64,000 bases of DNA, taken from Phoronis australis (taxonomy: Eukaryota > Animalia > Phoronida). The position numbers and the translations under genes were made by a program. The notes under the pieces are model-generated. The model saw only the letters and a program-made list of their open reading frames with translations, did not search any database and had not been told where the DNA came from. The stretch is from the NCBI GenBank assembly GCA_002633005.1, contig NMRA01000196.1:542824-606823 (forward strand), read 5' to 3'. The stretch's first letter is position 1. Every line of letters begins with the position of its first letter. Of this stretch, positions 40,541 to 53,131 are shown one piece after another.

Positions 40541-41427
40541 ATTAGACTGTCAAGAATCGTGAACTTAGTTAAGTCGTCACAAGGAACAGCTATCGTGGGC
40601 GCGGAGACTTGACACAGGTCCGAGGAATGGGCAACAAATAATTTGGCGGCCGGTGGAAATTGGTCTCGGGGAGGAAGATTGTAAATAGGAGCCGGGGGAG
40701 GCCAGGGACGGAGAAACGGTGGCGACAGGGAACGAACTAATTGGTCTGATTCTGCCGTTTTCATCCGTAATCAATGTAGATTGTGACGGTCAGTGATATG
40801 TTACTGACTTAGCGGGTGTTTCAAATCCATTGTGGATTATGGTACGGGAGGCAGGGTGACTTTTTCATCAGATGGCTGTTAGATTCCCCACGAAACAGCG
40901 TATTAGACCTACGTTTACACGAAGGGGTTGGAACTCTGTAAAAGGTTTCAATTTTCATTCGCATTGAGCACAGTGACCTGGGCCCGTGACCTCTTCAGTT
41001 TGCTCAGAACCTTGTAGTACTCACTTACTGACACAATCACTCCAGCTTGTACGCAGTGGTGTGATACTTGAGAAATGATCTCCACCAAACTTTTCTTAGC
41101 CTCATGTTTCACCTTCCGGCAAATAAACAATGACAGCAGGTAGGGGTATACTATCAGAGAGTTATCATTTAACCTTTTTGTAGATTTGGTTTTAAAATGT
41201 GTCCATACACCAATACATGCATTTAGCATACACATATCTAGAAATACACACATTTTAAAATTGCATTAGCGACCTAATATGAATTTTGAGCGTTCTACAT
41301 AAATCTAACTGACAAAATATCTTGACAGTGAAAACATCAGAATAAATACCACTCTCTCTTTCGTACTGTATTTTCATGTAGATCGATAATAATGGTGAAA
41401 TGTAGTTTGTCATCACTTGCCGCAACC

Positions 41428-41830
41428 ATTGGATTGTGGCCGCTCAGTCACATCTAAATTAGAAAATCAATTTCTAAAAAGTGCTACAGAACCGCTGTAA
41501 GGAGATAGTGCAAGGTCCAGTCACTGTACCACAGTACCATAATATGAAGTGTTTAATAGTCTCGTTCACACATGACCGTTTCAGCCACGGAATTTTGGTC
41601 TAAAATTCAAGCGGAGCGTTTGCAAGCGAACAGCGTTAAGAAGGAGGACAGCGTCAGTATGATTACATTAGGCGCTTTGGCGTGCATACCTGGAGCGCTG
41701 TTATTTTCGATTGCCGCGATTTTTTGGGGCATCCACCACAAACGGCAGAAAAAGGAAATGTGTAGGCTGGTTGAGATATACGAAGAAGGAAACAAGAGGC
41801 GCCGTCGACTCCGTGAGATGATCATGTCGN
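41428..41830 (+). other. Probable assembly artefact: redundant allelic overlap joined by one N
   Basis: Nearly identical to 41831-42236 (2 SNPs seen, 7-bp and 3-bp indels), with the single N at 41830 exactly at the junction. Confidence 0.85.
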
Positions 41831-41981
41831 ATTGGATTCTGGCCGCTCAGTCGCATCTAAATTAGAAAATCAATTTCTAAAAAGTGCTACAGAACCGCTG
41901 TAAGGAGATAGTGCAAGGTCCAGTCACTGTACCACAGTACCATAAGTGATAATATGAAGTGTTTAATAGTCTCGTTCACAC

Positions 41982-42776
41982 ATGACCGTTTCAGCCACGG
42001 AATTTTGGTCTAAAATTCAAGCGGAGCGTTTGCAAGCGAACAGCGTTAAGAAGGACAGCGTCAGTATGATTACATTAGGCGCTTTGGCGTGCATACCTGG
42101 AGCGCTGTTATTTTCGATTGCCGCGATTTTTTGGGGCATCCACCACAAACGGCAGAAAAAGGAAATGTGTAGGCTGGTTGAGATATACGAAGAAGGAAAC
42201 AAGAGGCGCCGTCGACTCCGTGAGATGATCATGTCGGCCGAAGGTGATGTCCCTGAGGAATTTGCTCAGATGTCCGAAACATCAAGCGAAGACGACAAGA
42301 TGAATTTGATACTGAATATGGCGGCCGAAACAAGAAAGAACGAAAACGAAACGTGGGGAAAAGGTCCACAAACTGGCGGCGTATCAGCCAAATACGAGGC
42401 CGATCAGTCGTCAAATAGCGGAAGGACTGGAACTTCGATGTCATCGCGCTTGACGACAGACTATTTAGGAAGACCTTTGGGCAGTTCAATGGTCGGTGAT
42501 GACTCCTCTTCTGACGAGGACGGGAAAGGGATCAAAAAACGCAAGATATCAATCGATGAGTTTGGAAATGTCAAAGATAGATTGAAGAAAAAATTGAACG
42601 CGTCGAAACTCCTGCGAGATGCCCATGATTTGAATGAGGACGTGTACGATAAGTTCGGCGGCAGAGTAAAGAACCTGAAGAAACCTACAGTAGAGGAACA
42701 GAACAAGAAGATTGAAGAGGATGACGCGCGTAGGGGCTCACATGAATCTTTAACTTGGTCAGAATGGGCTCATTGA
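41982..42776 (+). CDS. Uncharacterised single-pass membrane protein, 264 aa (or terminal exon)
   Basis: Long intact ORF with hydrophobic ITLGALACIPGALLFSIAAIFWGI followed by basic HHKRQKK and a charged, Ser/Asp-rich tail. In-frame TAG 12 nt upstream of the ATG. Confidence 0.7.
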   Translation: MTVSATEFWSKIQAERLQANSVKKDSVSMITLGALACIPGALLFSIAAIFWGIHHKRQKKEMCRLVEIYEEGNKRRRRLREMIMSAEGDVPEEFAQMSETSSEDDKMNLILNMAAETRKNENETWGKGPQTGGVSAKYEADQSSNSGRTGTSMSSRLTTDYLGRPLGSSMVGDDSSSDEDGKGIKKRKISIDEFGNVKDRLKKKLNASKLLRDAHDLNEDVYDKFGGRVKNLKKPTVEEQNKKIEEDDARRGSHESLTWSEWAH

Positions 42777-44252
42777 AAACCTCTGGCCGTGCCCTGTTCA
42801 CTTAAATTTTCACGAACAAAACTGGAATTAAAGATATTTGAAAACCTTTCAGAAATTGTTGACTTATCGTCTATGAGTACATTAGGTTAACTTCAAGTTG
42901 ACTTAATTGCTTAATTGTCTCTTCTACATGTATTTCAACTGCACCAAGGGAAAAACATTACTGTATATTGAGACATTAGCCGGTGAACATTCAATAACAC
43001 TTTGAGGATAATCATAGCAGACTCTTTCACATTCATTATTAACGTACCAGGGAATGATCAATCTGCATGATTTCCACGCACGTTGCTGTGACACGCATTG
43101 TCGCCCGCGCGACAATTTAAGTCGGCATTCACGATGTTTATTTCTACACTCAGCACATTTGTCGTCCCGCAGACATGACAAAATATGTAAAGAATGCGAC
43201 AATTTATACTGTCACGTTGTGGTGCAAGGTATTATTGTCCAAAATTTGACGAGAGACTCTCCAGGTTGATAAGTTGAAAGTGACAAGGGGTCGCCATGCA
43301 GATCCAGAGTTCGTGTAGGTGGCTACCAAAAGCTGCAGAGAGTAAAACACGTCTTCAGTATACCAAATGTTGAGAACTTAAATTACAGGGTTTATGGTGT
43401 CTAAACACTTGAAAATATGTATAAGCCAAACTTAGTAATGCTTATAACGTTTTCCTTTTTACTGTTCTCAAACATGAAGCCTTCAACACAATTTTGCATG
43501 TCGACCGAAGTCAGAAAATCTTCGACTATTACAGTCTATTTCTGTGCCCTGAGTTGCCTCAAGTTATCCTCCGTAGGTTTTTCACATTTGCGCATGTAAC
43601 AATAACTCGTTACAATCAAAATTGGGAATGCAGTCAAATTAGCAGGAGATTCCTGTGACAACAGGCTGAAAAGCAACACAATAGACCACGAGTTGATATT
43701 TACGCCTCACGCGTGTTTTGAAATCTACTGGTGACACGTAATTTGTCGACTGGGCGACAACATATGGCGACGGCGACAATATATGCAGCAAACATCGACA
43801 TACCTATTGTCACCCTGGCGACAATGCGTATCGAGTACAACAATACATATGTATGTGCAGTAAGCACGGCCACTTGTTGTCGTATCCCAATGTGTTGAAA
43901 GGTAGTTTGTATAATCACAAGGCACAGGAGCGGATCCAAAGACTCGAAGGGGCTCGGGATATGGTGAAGACGAGGTTATACGAAAGTGACTAGCTTTGCC
44001 ACAGACAATTACTCAGTGTTCCAAGTACCTATATTATGTCAAGGTAACAACAAGTTAGTATGACAATTAATTGTTGACTTATAAGTAATAGATTTTGTGA
44101 TTGTCATTGCTAAACAAAAACAGCATATGTGTTCAATAACTAGTGTAAGAAGGGATCTTCACGGTCGTCTGCATTTTACAAAATGATGACATACATGTAA
44201 CACAGAGATTAAAGGAATATCAGAAAGGATGAAAACGATCAACTGACTTCAG

Positions 44253-44440
44253 ACTTTTTGACGTGGGAGCGCGAGACCAAACCTTTGTGACGTGGTAGCG
44301 CGAGACCAAACCTTTGTGACGTGAAAGCGCGAGACCAAACCTTTGTGACGTGGTAGCGCGAGACCAAACCTTTGTGACGTGGTAGCGCGAGACCAAACCT
44401 TTGTGACGTGGGAGCGCGAGACCAAACCTTTGTGACGTGA
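44253..44440. repeat. 29-bp minisatellite x~6.5
   Basis: Head-to-tail CCTTTGTGACGTG(GT/GG/AA)AGCGCGAGACCAAA with no spacers. Confidence 0.95.
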
Positions 44441-44850
44441 ATATTTACATGTGAATTCTGACAGTCATTCACATGTAAATATTCACCAGCAGAGCTCCAA
44501 TCATTGTTATCAGCAGTGCTCTTTCAATGACTTTGCAATAATAGACCGGGCAGTAACAACAAGGAGCTTAAAATTCGTGAGGCTTTACATATAAGTTGGT
44601 GCAAGCCCAATCTCAATAGGCAACTGACACAGCACAGGTTGTCATTGTTGGTCTAGTTCATTGTCATTCCCTGTAACTGACTGTATCTGTGCTTCATTAC
44701 TTGTTGCTGGGCCTAGCTAGGTGGCCACTGTATTATGACTTCTGAGGATGGTGTTTAATAAATGACTCCGAAACATGTCAAGTTTTAAAACAAACCGTTG
44801 TTGTTTTCGTGAATATATTCTGTTACTTGCTATCATGGAGATCCCATTAA
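44437..44850 (+). mobile_element. 5'-truncated Penelope-like element (GIY-YIG C-terminus plus pseudo-LTR)
   Basis: SHVNIHQQSSNHCYQQCSFNDFAIIDRA, frameshift, NNKELKIREALHISWCKPNLNRQ: the classic end of a PLE GIY-YIG domain. Followed by a hammerhead; 20-bp inverted segment at the 5' edge. Confidence 0.75.
44737..44784 (+). ncRNA. Minimal type I hammerhead ribozyme
   Basis: ACTT CTGAGGA T GGTGT TTAATAAATG ACTCC GAAA CATG TC AAGT: intact core, stem I ACTT/AAGT, stem II 4 of 5 pairs, palindromic ACATGT stem III, GUC cleavage triplet. Confidence 0.75.
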
Positions 44851-46327
44851 GTCCCATTTTAGCCCCGTAATAGATTTTTTACTTACCTGCAATAAGCATC
44901 GCTGTTAATTCGCAACATTTTATTTCGCAAAAATACAAAAAATAGCATACTCAGAGATAGCCACGCACCACTGAATAACCCTTACAAAAAGGAACTTAAG
45001 TTTTAATCGAAAAACTTTAAACTTAAGTTTTCATTCCCGAAAACTTAAGTTTTTGGCGAAAACTTAAGTATTTTGGAACAAGTTTTTTGGAACGAACTTA
45101 AGTTTTTATAACTTAAGTTTTCAAAAACTTAAGTTTTTCAAAAACTTAAGTTCTGAAAACTTAAGTTTTTCAAAAACTTAAGTTCTGAAAACTTAAGTTT
45201 TTCAAAAACTTAAGTTCTGAAAACTTAAGTTTTAAAAACTTAAGTTCGTTCCAAAAAACTTGTTCCAAAATACTTAAGTTTTTGGAAAACTTAAGTTTCA
45301 GAAACTTAAGTTTTTGAAAAACTTAAGTTTTGGAACAAGTTTTTAGTAACAAACATAAGTCATCAAAACTTAAGTTTTTGAAAACTAAGTTTTCCGAACA
45401 TAAGTTTTCAAGGAACTAACTTTTGAAAACTGAAGTTTTCTAAAAGAAATAAGTTTCAATAGGACAGACATTCAAAAATTTCGACTTTCACTAAAACAAG
45501 AGTGGAGTACAGTAACAAATTTAATGATTCTCATAAAGATTTAACAAACTAGACTTCTATAAACATTTCATTAACAGTGATTAATTGCAGAAAATAAAAT
45601 GCACTTCCTAAAATACACTAGTTCCTTAAAATAAGTGAACATAAGTGAAATATCAAAATCTTAAAAACCAGAAACATTTCAAATATCAGTTCATGAAGTG
45701 CCATGCATACAATGCAGTGAAAACTAAATGAGGCTAATTATATATTCATTATTTGCATCGTTCTCAGTCTATGACAATTATGCGATAACTGAGGGAGCAA
45801 AATAGAATGTACAAACAGAGAAATTACTACCAAATCATGAAACACAACCAAAGAAAATGTGATTACATAGCCAGGAAGGACTACAACAAAAGTCTACGTT
45901 TCAACAACAGACTTTTTCAACTAAAATTACAGCAATGACACCAAGAATAACAAATCACTTAATATGCAAAATCCAAGAATATCCGCAGACACAAAAGCAT
46001 AACATAAAACGTAACAGGTAACTAAAAGTTTATCAACAATGGCCACAGGTCTGATTTTGGGAGGTACAATCCTTATGCTAGAAATAGCGCCTAGAATCAC
46101 CTAGAATTGTTTTCAACCTTAAAAATATCTATTTAAAAGTCAAAGTTTCATTTTGTTGACAATCATAACAGTAAATCCAATACACTCCATGGTGCGAACA
46201 AGTTTCACTAAAAGTAACCCTAAGTACAATCTGGTTATATGAGATGGAAATTAGAAAACTTAGACCTTTGACCACAAAAATATTCTTTTTCCATTAATTT
46301 AAAGCTACTGAACTTCATACACATATA

Positions 46328-46808
46328 GGGCCTTTCATACTAACATCAGCGTTTTTGGGAGTTAATGTCAGTATGAACTCTTAAACTTTGGTCCTGGAAG
46401 GAAGTTAACAGCGCCAGTTAAACAGGTGGATTTAATTGCTTAGCGTCAACGCTGCCACACAGTATAAACAATCAACTTCAGTCCTATCGAAGTTATTGCC
46501 AGGGGCCACTGTTATCATTAACAATTGCATAGTAGTGTGAAGGCTAATAGTTGCTTATACCTTGCTATAATAATCACCAATCAATTTAAAAATAAGTTTT
46601 ATGTCCATTAACACATGTAAATGTTCCCAAGTTGTCACATGATGTGTCATCTTAGCGTGCAGTGCTACCTTGCGATACCTTCGATCACGACAGCGTCACC
46701 TACTGTTTACTTCATTAACTACCGAAGCCAGAATGAACGGTCCAGTTAACTTCGCAGTGTACGCCGATGCTCCGCTCAGACAAGAGTTAAGTCAATGTGA
46801 AAGGGCCC
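46328..46808. mobile_element. Harbinger-like MITE nested in the EnSpm element
   Basis: TA|GGGCCTTTCATA...TGTGAAAGGGCCC|TA. Confidence 0.6.
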
Positions 46809-49018
46809 TATGGTAGACCACAAGCCACTTAATCTTCTTTATATGGATCTGCTCGCTTAGCTTTACAGGCAAATAATCCATGTTTTGTGACTACAAACGC
46901 GCGTTTCTGAGCTCAGATAACTGAATTCATAGGTTCATGAGCTGCAGTTCGTAAGAGCGTACGTTGCGTTGTCTGGGTAGACTTCCTTATCCAACGATTG
47001 TTGAAGGCACACTCTGCAATAAAGACAAAAAATGTTAATAACAGATGGGTAAAAGCTATCAGTATAAGACAACTTAACTTGGTGGATATTTATCGTGCTG
47101 TTCATACAACACTGATTTGTTAAACTTCCTGACTTATATACAGAGCCTAGAAAATAGTCTTCAAACTCAAAATTTAACCAATCACTCTCCAGGATTCAAG
47201 TGCAAGACTAGTCTGCAAGTTTACTTCAAGCATGCACTGCAGTGGGTCAGTTTTCCACATACTGTTTTGAATGAAGTTTTAATCCTGGATTCGCGACATT
47301 CAAAACAATTTTTTTCTATACAACTTTAATACAAAACATGCACATGGTCACCTATCATGCTAACACAATCTAGAAAAAACCGTGCATATGACAAAACTTA
47401 ATGTGTTAATAAAAGTTGGACTTCAGGCTAACCAGGTATCGTATTGTGTAACTTTTTAGTTCAAGTTCTATGACAAATTAATTAAAATTTTTATCAAATG
47501 ATGAAACTGTTGGCAACTGCAATAAACTACAATTCCCATTATTTTTATGAACTTTTCATTGTTTAATTCGTTAATCTGATAAGAAAAGGCACAACTCTAC
47601 ATAATGAGCAGAGCTAGTAAGTTGTATTCTAACTAGCTCTCTCCAGCCAGCACAGAACTTGTTACTAATGCTTCATGGACATTTAGCCGGCACAACCAGG
47701 GATAGAACTGAAAGTTTAATCTCGCATGTATACTTCCGCATGTACTTTTTGAAACTTATAGCAAAACCAAGAAGCTTTACATTGACTTGACCAAATGGCT
47801 ACAAGAATCAGTGAGCTTGTTAAAGATTATAAGCCCATTGGCTAAACCAAGGACATATTTCATATTGTTTCAAATTAAAACCCTGATAGCACTATTTTTA
47901 ACTCAACAATGAAACATATGAAGCTCTACCTGCCACGTCGATGTAAACAGCCCAATACCACACCTGGGTGATTGGTTCGATGCAAATGTTTGTATGTCTA
48001 GTTCTACCAAGTACTCCGCCAAGTTAATAGAGACCTGAAAAAATGAGATATTAGCAAACATAACAGTATGTGATAGCTTCTTAAGAATCCAGACATAACC
48101 CATTTACAGGGAATGTTCTCATGTAAAGGGGTGGTGGGGGTCCAGGATTTTGAGTTGGGGGGTTAGGGCAGAGTAGGGTTTTGCCCATCAGACATTCACC
48201 CCCTGCCCCCCCCCCAACTGCCAATTGATCTTGTAGCTTTTTAGGGGGCTGGGGCCATGGCCCCTTAGCTGTCCTCTGAATCCACCATTGAAGATACTGG
48301 CATGGTCTTCACGAGAAGTCTTACTTAACCATAATAGTTTACAGTAAAAATAAAATTATTATCTCATGTACTACAGTAAACATAAAAATACTATATCCTG
48401 TACTCCTACCAATCACTTTACTGGCTGACATATTTGCAAAGATATTAAATTGAGGTTGCAAGCAAATTTCTTGAGGGAAAAGAATATGCCCCTACAGACA
48501 TGAGAAGATCATTCTAGTAAGTCTATATTCAACTCAACTCAACTCCTAGGTAAAGTTGTACCCAGATTAACTATCACTTTCACCATAACACTGAAATATT
48601 TGATTTCAATAAAAGCAGTCGACCTCGAATTGAATGTGAAAATTTTAAGTCTGCATATGCAAACTTTTGCAACATTCTAGTAATATTCCACAATCCGGTA
48701 AAAATTCGAAAGCACATACTCAATCCCAAAGTCAAATCACACAGCTTTTCCTTATTTGCATTGAATTATTTGGTGCATTTAGATAGGAATTATGCAAGTT
48801 TCACTGTGCTTAACAATAGTTAACATGTTGACTGGTGAGAGTTCACTTGGGTACATTGTGACCTATGCCGGGAGGTATTACAGATAGGGTACTAGTAGTG
48901 GGATCGGGATGTCCTTTCGCATTCAATAACCTAGATCCTCCCGGCAAACCTGAGCAAATCAGTCAAAATAGGCAATACAATAGTTACATTGGTTATTCTT
49001 AATTTTGAGAGCCAGGCA

Positions 49019-49222
49019 CATGCGCGCACCCAGGGGAGGCTCGAACGAGCACCCCCCCACCCCCACTTGCCGAAGTGAGCATGAAAAGGTCAGCCTCCAC
49101 TAAAAAGCTGTAATTCAGGAATGCACAGTGCACAGCTCTGAACATACCACGTTTTTTTAGTAAATGGTCAACATGCCCAAAAATTTGAGCACCCCCCATA
49201 TTTTAGGATTGGTGCGTGGATG
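49019..49222. mobile_element. Small 5-bp-TSD (hAT5-like) MITE
   Basis: CATGCGCGCACC...GGTGCGTGGATG with TSD AGGCA (49014-18, 49223-27). Confidence 0.65.
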
Positions 49223-52200
49223 AGGCAAGTGAACCTTGCAAATTATTGACCTGTAGTGATATGAGATTTCAAAATCAGGAGCTTCCAAGAATTACTACGA
49301 ACATAGACATAAGCACACACAACCAATGCCAATATACCCAACTTGGGAAATGATTACACTTTGCCTTGGTAGTCCCCCCCCCCTTGCATTGATCACACTG
49401 ACACAACCTCAGAAGACAGAAATATAATAAAGTAATAGCCTGATGTGAACGTTATGGCTTCCTCTGATGGACCTCCAGAAGTATATTACGCGTTAGAAGT
49501 TTAGATAATTCACACACAGAATGAGTCTATGTCGGTATGTGACAGCGTGACTCGTGAGTGGCTGACAAGACAATAACAACTGAACTTGTCTTAACACGTT
49601 CGTTGGAAATCACAGCACTGATTGTGGCCAATCGATTTTAGAACGCTCTCTGGCACTAACCTGACTTCCAAAACTTCTGAAATGTCTCCTTGCTGGCTCT
49701 GCTCGTAGTAATATAAACTTCATTGTCGCGGGCTAGCCAACACACAGCTTTTTCTTCGAAGTTGACTATCGGTTATGAAATTCAAACTGTTCACTTTCGG
49801 TGGAAACTGCCTTACGAATACAACTCAACACAAAGGAAACTTGCACAATAAATACGTTTTTTTAAGAATTGCACGAGTTCCATTGATTACATTGTACTGA
49901 CCAGGTCAGTGTCTCAGGGGATTAACGTTGGGTGCATTCTTACTGCTGTTGGTCACCGGATGTTCGTCTACATTTAAATTCACAAAGACGTGCCGTAATG
50001 ATTACATAACTGCACTAATTCTGTACTGACCAGGTTGACTTCGTCGTTTTATGGTTTGTATCTATATAAATGTTAAGGAAACATTCGGGCAACATTTTTT
50101 TGAGATGATCGGATTTGCATGAGCAAACAATAATTTTTGTTGTAAAATAATGGGAAAATTTTCGAACCAAAAATTAAATATCTCACAATATTCAAATTTT
50201 AAAAACTTGAAACTTGTAAATTTTCATCACATAGAAACCTTAGAGTTTTAATAAAATTCAAGTTTTCCACAAATGAAAATAACAGTTTTCTGAAAAACTT
50301 AAGAAGTCAGGAAAACTTAAGTTTTTAAAATTACAAAAACTTAAGTTTTGTGATAAACTTAAGTTATCAAAAAAACTTAAGTTTTGTTAGTTCAAAAAAA
50401 CTTAAGTTTTCATGAAAACTTAAGTTATTACTTGAAACTTAAGTTTATTTTTGAAAACTTAAGTTTTACACTTGAAAAAACTTAAGTTTTCTGAAAAACT
50501 TAAGTTTTCTGAAAAACTTAACATTGTGCTGAAAAACTTAAGTTTCTGGCGAAAAACTTAAGTTTTAAAAACTTAAGTTTCTTTTAATTCGGAAGAACTT
50601 AAGTTTTTCCTCTAAAACTTAAGTTATTTTCCAAAAACTTAAGTTTTTTCGCCAAAAACTTAAGTTTTCAGCGAAAAACTTAAGTTCATTTTTGTAAGGG
50701 AACGTAAAGAAAGTAGGGGGGAGGGTGGGTATTGGCTTAAATGGCAGAAATGGTATGGCTCAAAATTCTTGGGTAGACATGAATATACCGTATACTTATG
50801 TCTGAGAGTGAGAATTGGCAGAAATTGCGTCAGCGAATCTTTATCGCTCAAGATTCTTGGGTAGATATGCAGATGCCGAGACATCACATAAGCCGAAGGT
50901 GATTTGTATGTCATTTTGGCAAATTGCGGTTACTTTTGGCACTAAATCAAAAAATTGACCATGAAGTTATGAATTAATGACTTGTGAAAATATAAGGCAA
51001 CGGTTGTTTTTGTCAGGACCTCTGAATTTTCGACACTTTTTTGTTGAAACAAGCGATCGACAACGCAAAGATAGCGATCGGGAACTCGAATTTGTGTTGG
51101 TGCAATCGGAAACACATTGTGTTGTGTCGAACAATAATGAACTTTTTACTTATAGAACGTAAGTGTGGTGCAATGAATTAATCATATTTCGCGTCATATG
51201 TCAAAACTAAACAATAGCGTAGCGCATTATCAGTAAATCGCCATTCGAGCACTATATGTACATCAAGCATATTATTTTAGCTATAGATAATTTCACAAAT
51301 GAATTTTTGTTCATTTCATGAAACAAGTTCACTGTTATTGTGAGGCGAGCTTCAACAAATATGTTACCCACGGCGTGAAGGTACACCCTACCTGGATTTT
51401 GAATGCAGACATCTACTTTTAGACGAAACTACTGGGAACAAGGAGATCTAAACTAAAACTCCCCCAGGAGTTGATCCACGTGGCATGTCAGCCAGGGGTA
51501 AACAAATTGTTGCGGCAGATGAAGGCGAGTGTCCAATCTTATTGCAAATTTGTGACTGCAAAAGGAAAAAATACAAATAGCCAGTGAAGTCAAAGGATGA
51601 CGATGCCCTTGCCCATGGGAAGAGATAGGGGAGTGCGACAACACCATTCATGAGATGGTTAAAAATCCCGTTCATGAACGTCTAGAATTTAAAAAATGCC
51701 ATAAGTTGTGTAAACTGTTGTGCTGATAAAACGGGTGGGATTTTGCTTGATGATTTACTGATGATATCGATACAGAGATGAACTGATTAAATTGTGGCAC
51801 CCGTGTGCCTTGAATGTACGTTGCGTTTGACTCTTATGTTTTGTAGTCTTGGTCTTAAGTTCAACGTACATCTTCAGTTCATGATCTCCAGTTGAATGTG
51901 ACATTGAAAAAGACCGAGACTGTTATAATACATGTACTATATTGTTATTCTCTCAAAACGTAGTGAACATGTTGTATTTAACGTCAACTACACTGTAGTG
52001 AAGGAAAGCACACAGGAAATCAACACCACTGTTGTAGCATTTCTTTTATAATATTAATCTTTTATTGCACATGCCTCACAATTGATCATATAAGAGTACA
52101 TAAAATATTTCACTGATAGAACACTGAATCGACTTGGTTCCTGTGCAACATGTTTCATGTTGTGTTTTCCTTTATCGGTAAAAAATTCTTGACGCATTCA

Positions 52201-52307
52201 ACGCCTCAGGGCTGGCAAAGGTCGTCCTTGCTGTAGTGTCACTCTGTTTTATTCCCATATGGTCATACATGTACTAAATCGATTACTTTGTTCCTGAACG
52301 AAGCTCC

Positions 52308-52309
<2 letters not shown>

Positions 52310-52360
<51 letters not shown>
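52310..52360. repeat. (CA)n microsatellite
   Basis: About 25 AC units, seen directly. Confidence 0.97.
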
Positions 52361-52362
<2 letters not shown>

Positions 52363-52754
52363 CTTTGTGTCATGCAGCAGCTGCATAAATCTGTTTGAAG
52401 GCGTGTACTTTAACACCCTGAAGGACTTGTCGTGTGGCTACAGACCAACTGAAAAAAATCAAACGCATTATGTTTGTTTGGAGAAATCTCAAAAAGAAAT
52501 CATGAAACAAACGATGAAATATAGTTAATAACCAACCATCAACTAATTCAGAGTCCGTATTATTCTAAAATTATTGACATAATACCGTAACTTGAACGAC
52601 TATTAAAGTCCTTGTCTCACGCGTTGTTAACCCTTATTACATGGTTAGAAGATGTTATAAGGATCCAAGAAGTACCTACCCCATAACTAATACACGATCC
52701 GTACTCGAAAACAGTTTAAATGAACGCGCCACTCACGATTCGCACCCGAAGAAA

Positions 52755-53131
52755 NNNNNNNNNNNNNNNNNNNNNNNNNNNNNNNNNNNNNNNNNNNNNN
52801 NNNNNNNNNNNNNNNNNNNNNNNNNNNNNNNNNNNNNNNNNNNNNNNNNNNNNNNNNNNNNNNNNNNNNNNNNNNNNNNNNNNNNNNNNNNNNNNNNNNN
52901 NNNNNNNNNNNNNNNNNNNNNNNNNNNNNNNNNNNNNNNNNNNNNNNNNNNNNNNNNNNNNNNNNNNNNNNNNNNNNNNNNNNNNNNNNNNNNNNNNNNN
53001 NNNNNNNNNNNNNNNNNNNNNNNNNNNNNNNNNNNNNNNNNNNNNNNNNNNNNNNNNNNNNNNNNNNNNNNNNNNNNNNNNNNNNNNNNNNNNNNNNNNN
53101 NNNNNNNNNNNNNNNNNNNNNNNNNNNNNNN
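52755..53131. other. Assembly gap
   Basis: Run of N; ORFs spanning it are artefacts. Confidence 0.99.

Larger units (their letters stand above)
44979..50700. mobile_element. EnSpm/CACTA (CMC) non-autonomous element, 5.7 kb
   Basis: AA|CCCTTACAAAAA.GAACTTAAGTTTT...AAAACTTAAGTTCATTTTTGTAAGGG|AA: 2-bp TSD and ~450-bp subterminal arrays of the palindrome AAAACTTAAGTTTT at both ends. No intact ORF. Confidence 0.85.

Noticed and set aside
44253-44440. CRISPR array
   Set aside because: Repeats are contiguous with no unique spacers, there are no cas genes, and the context is eukaryotic.
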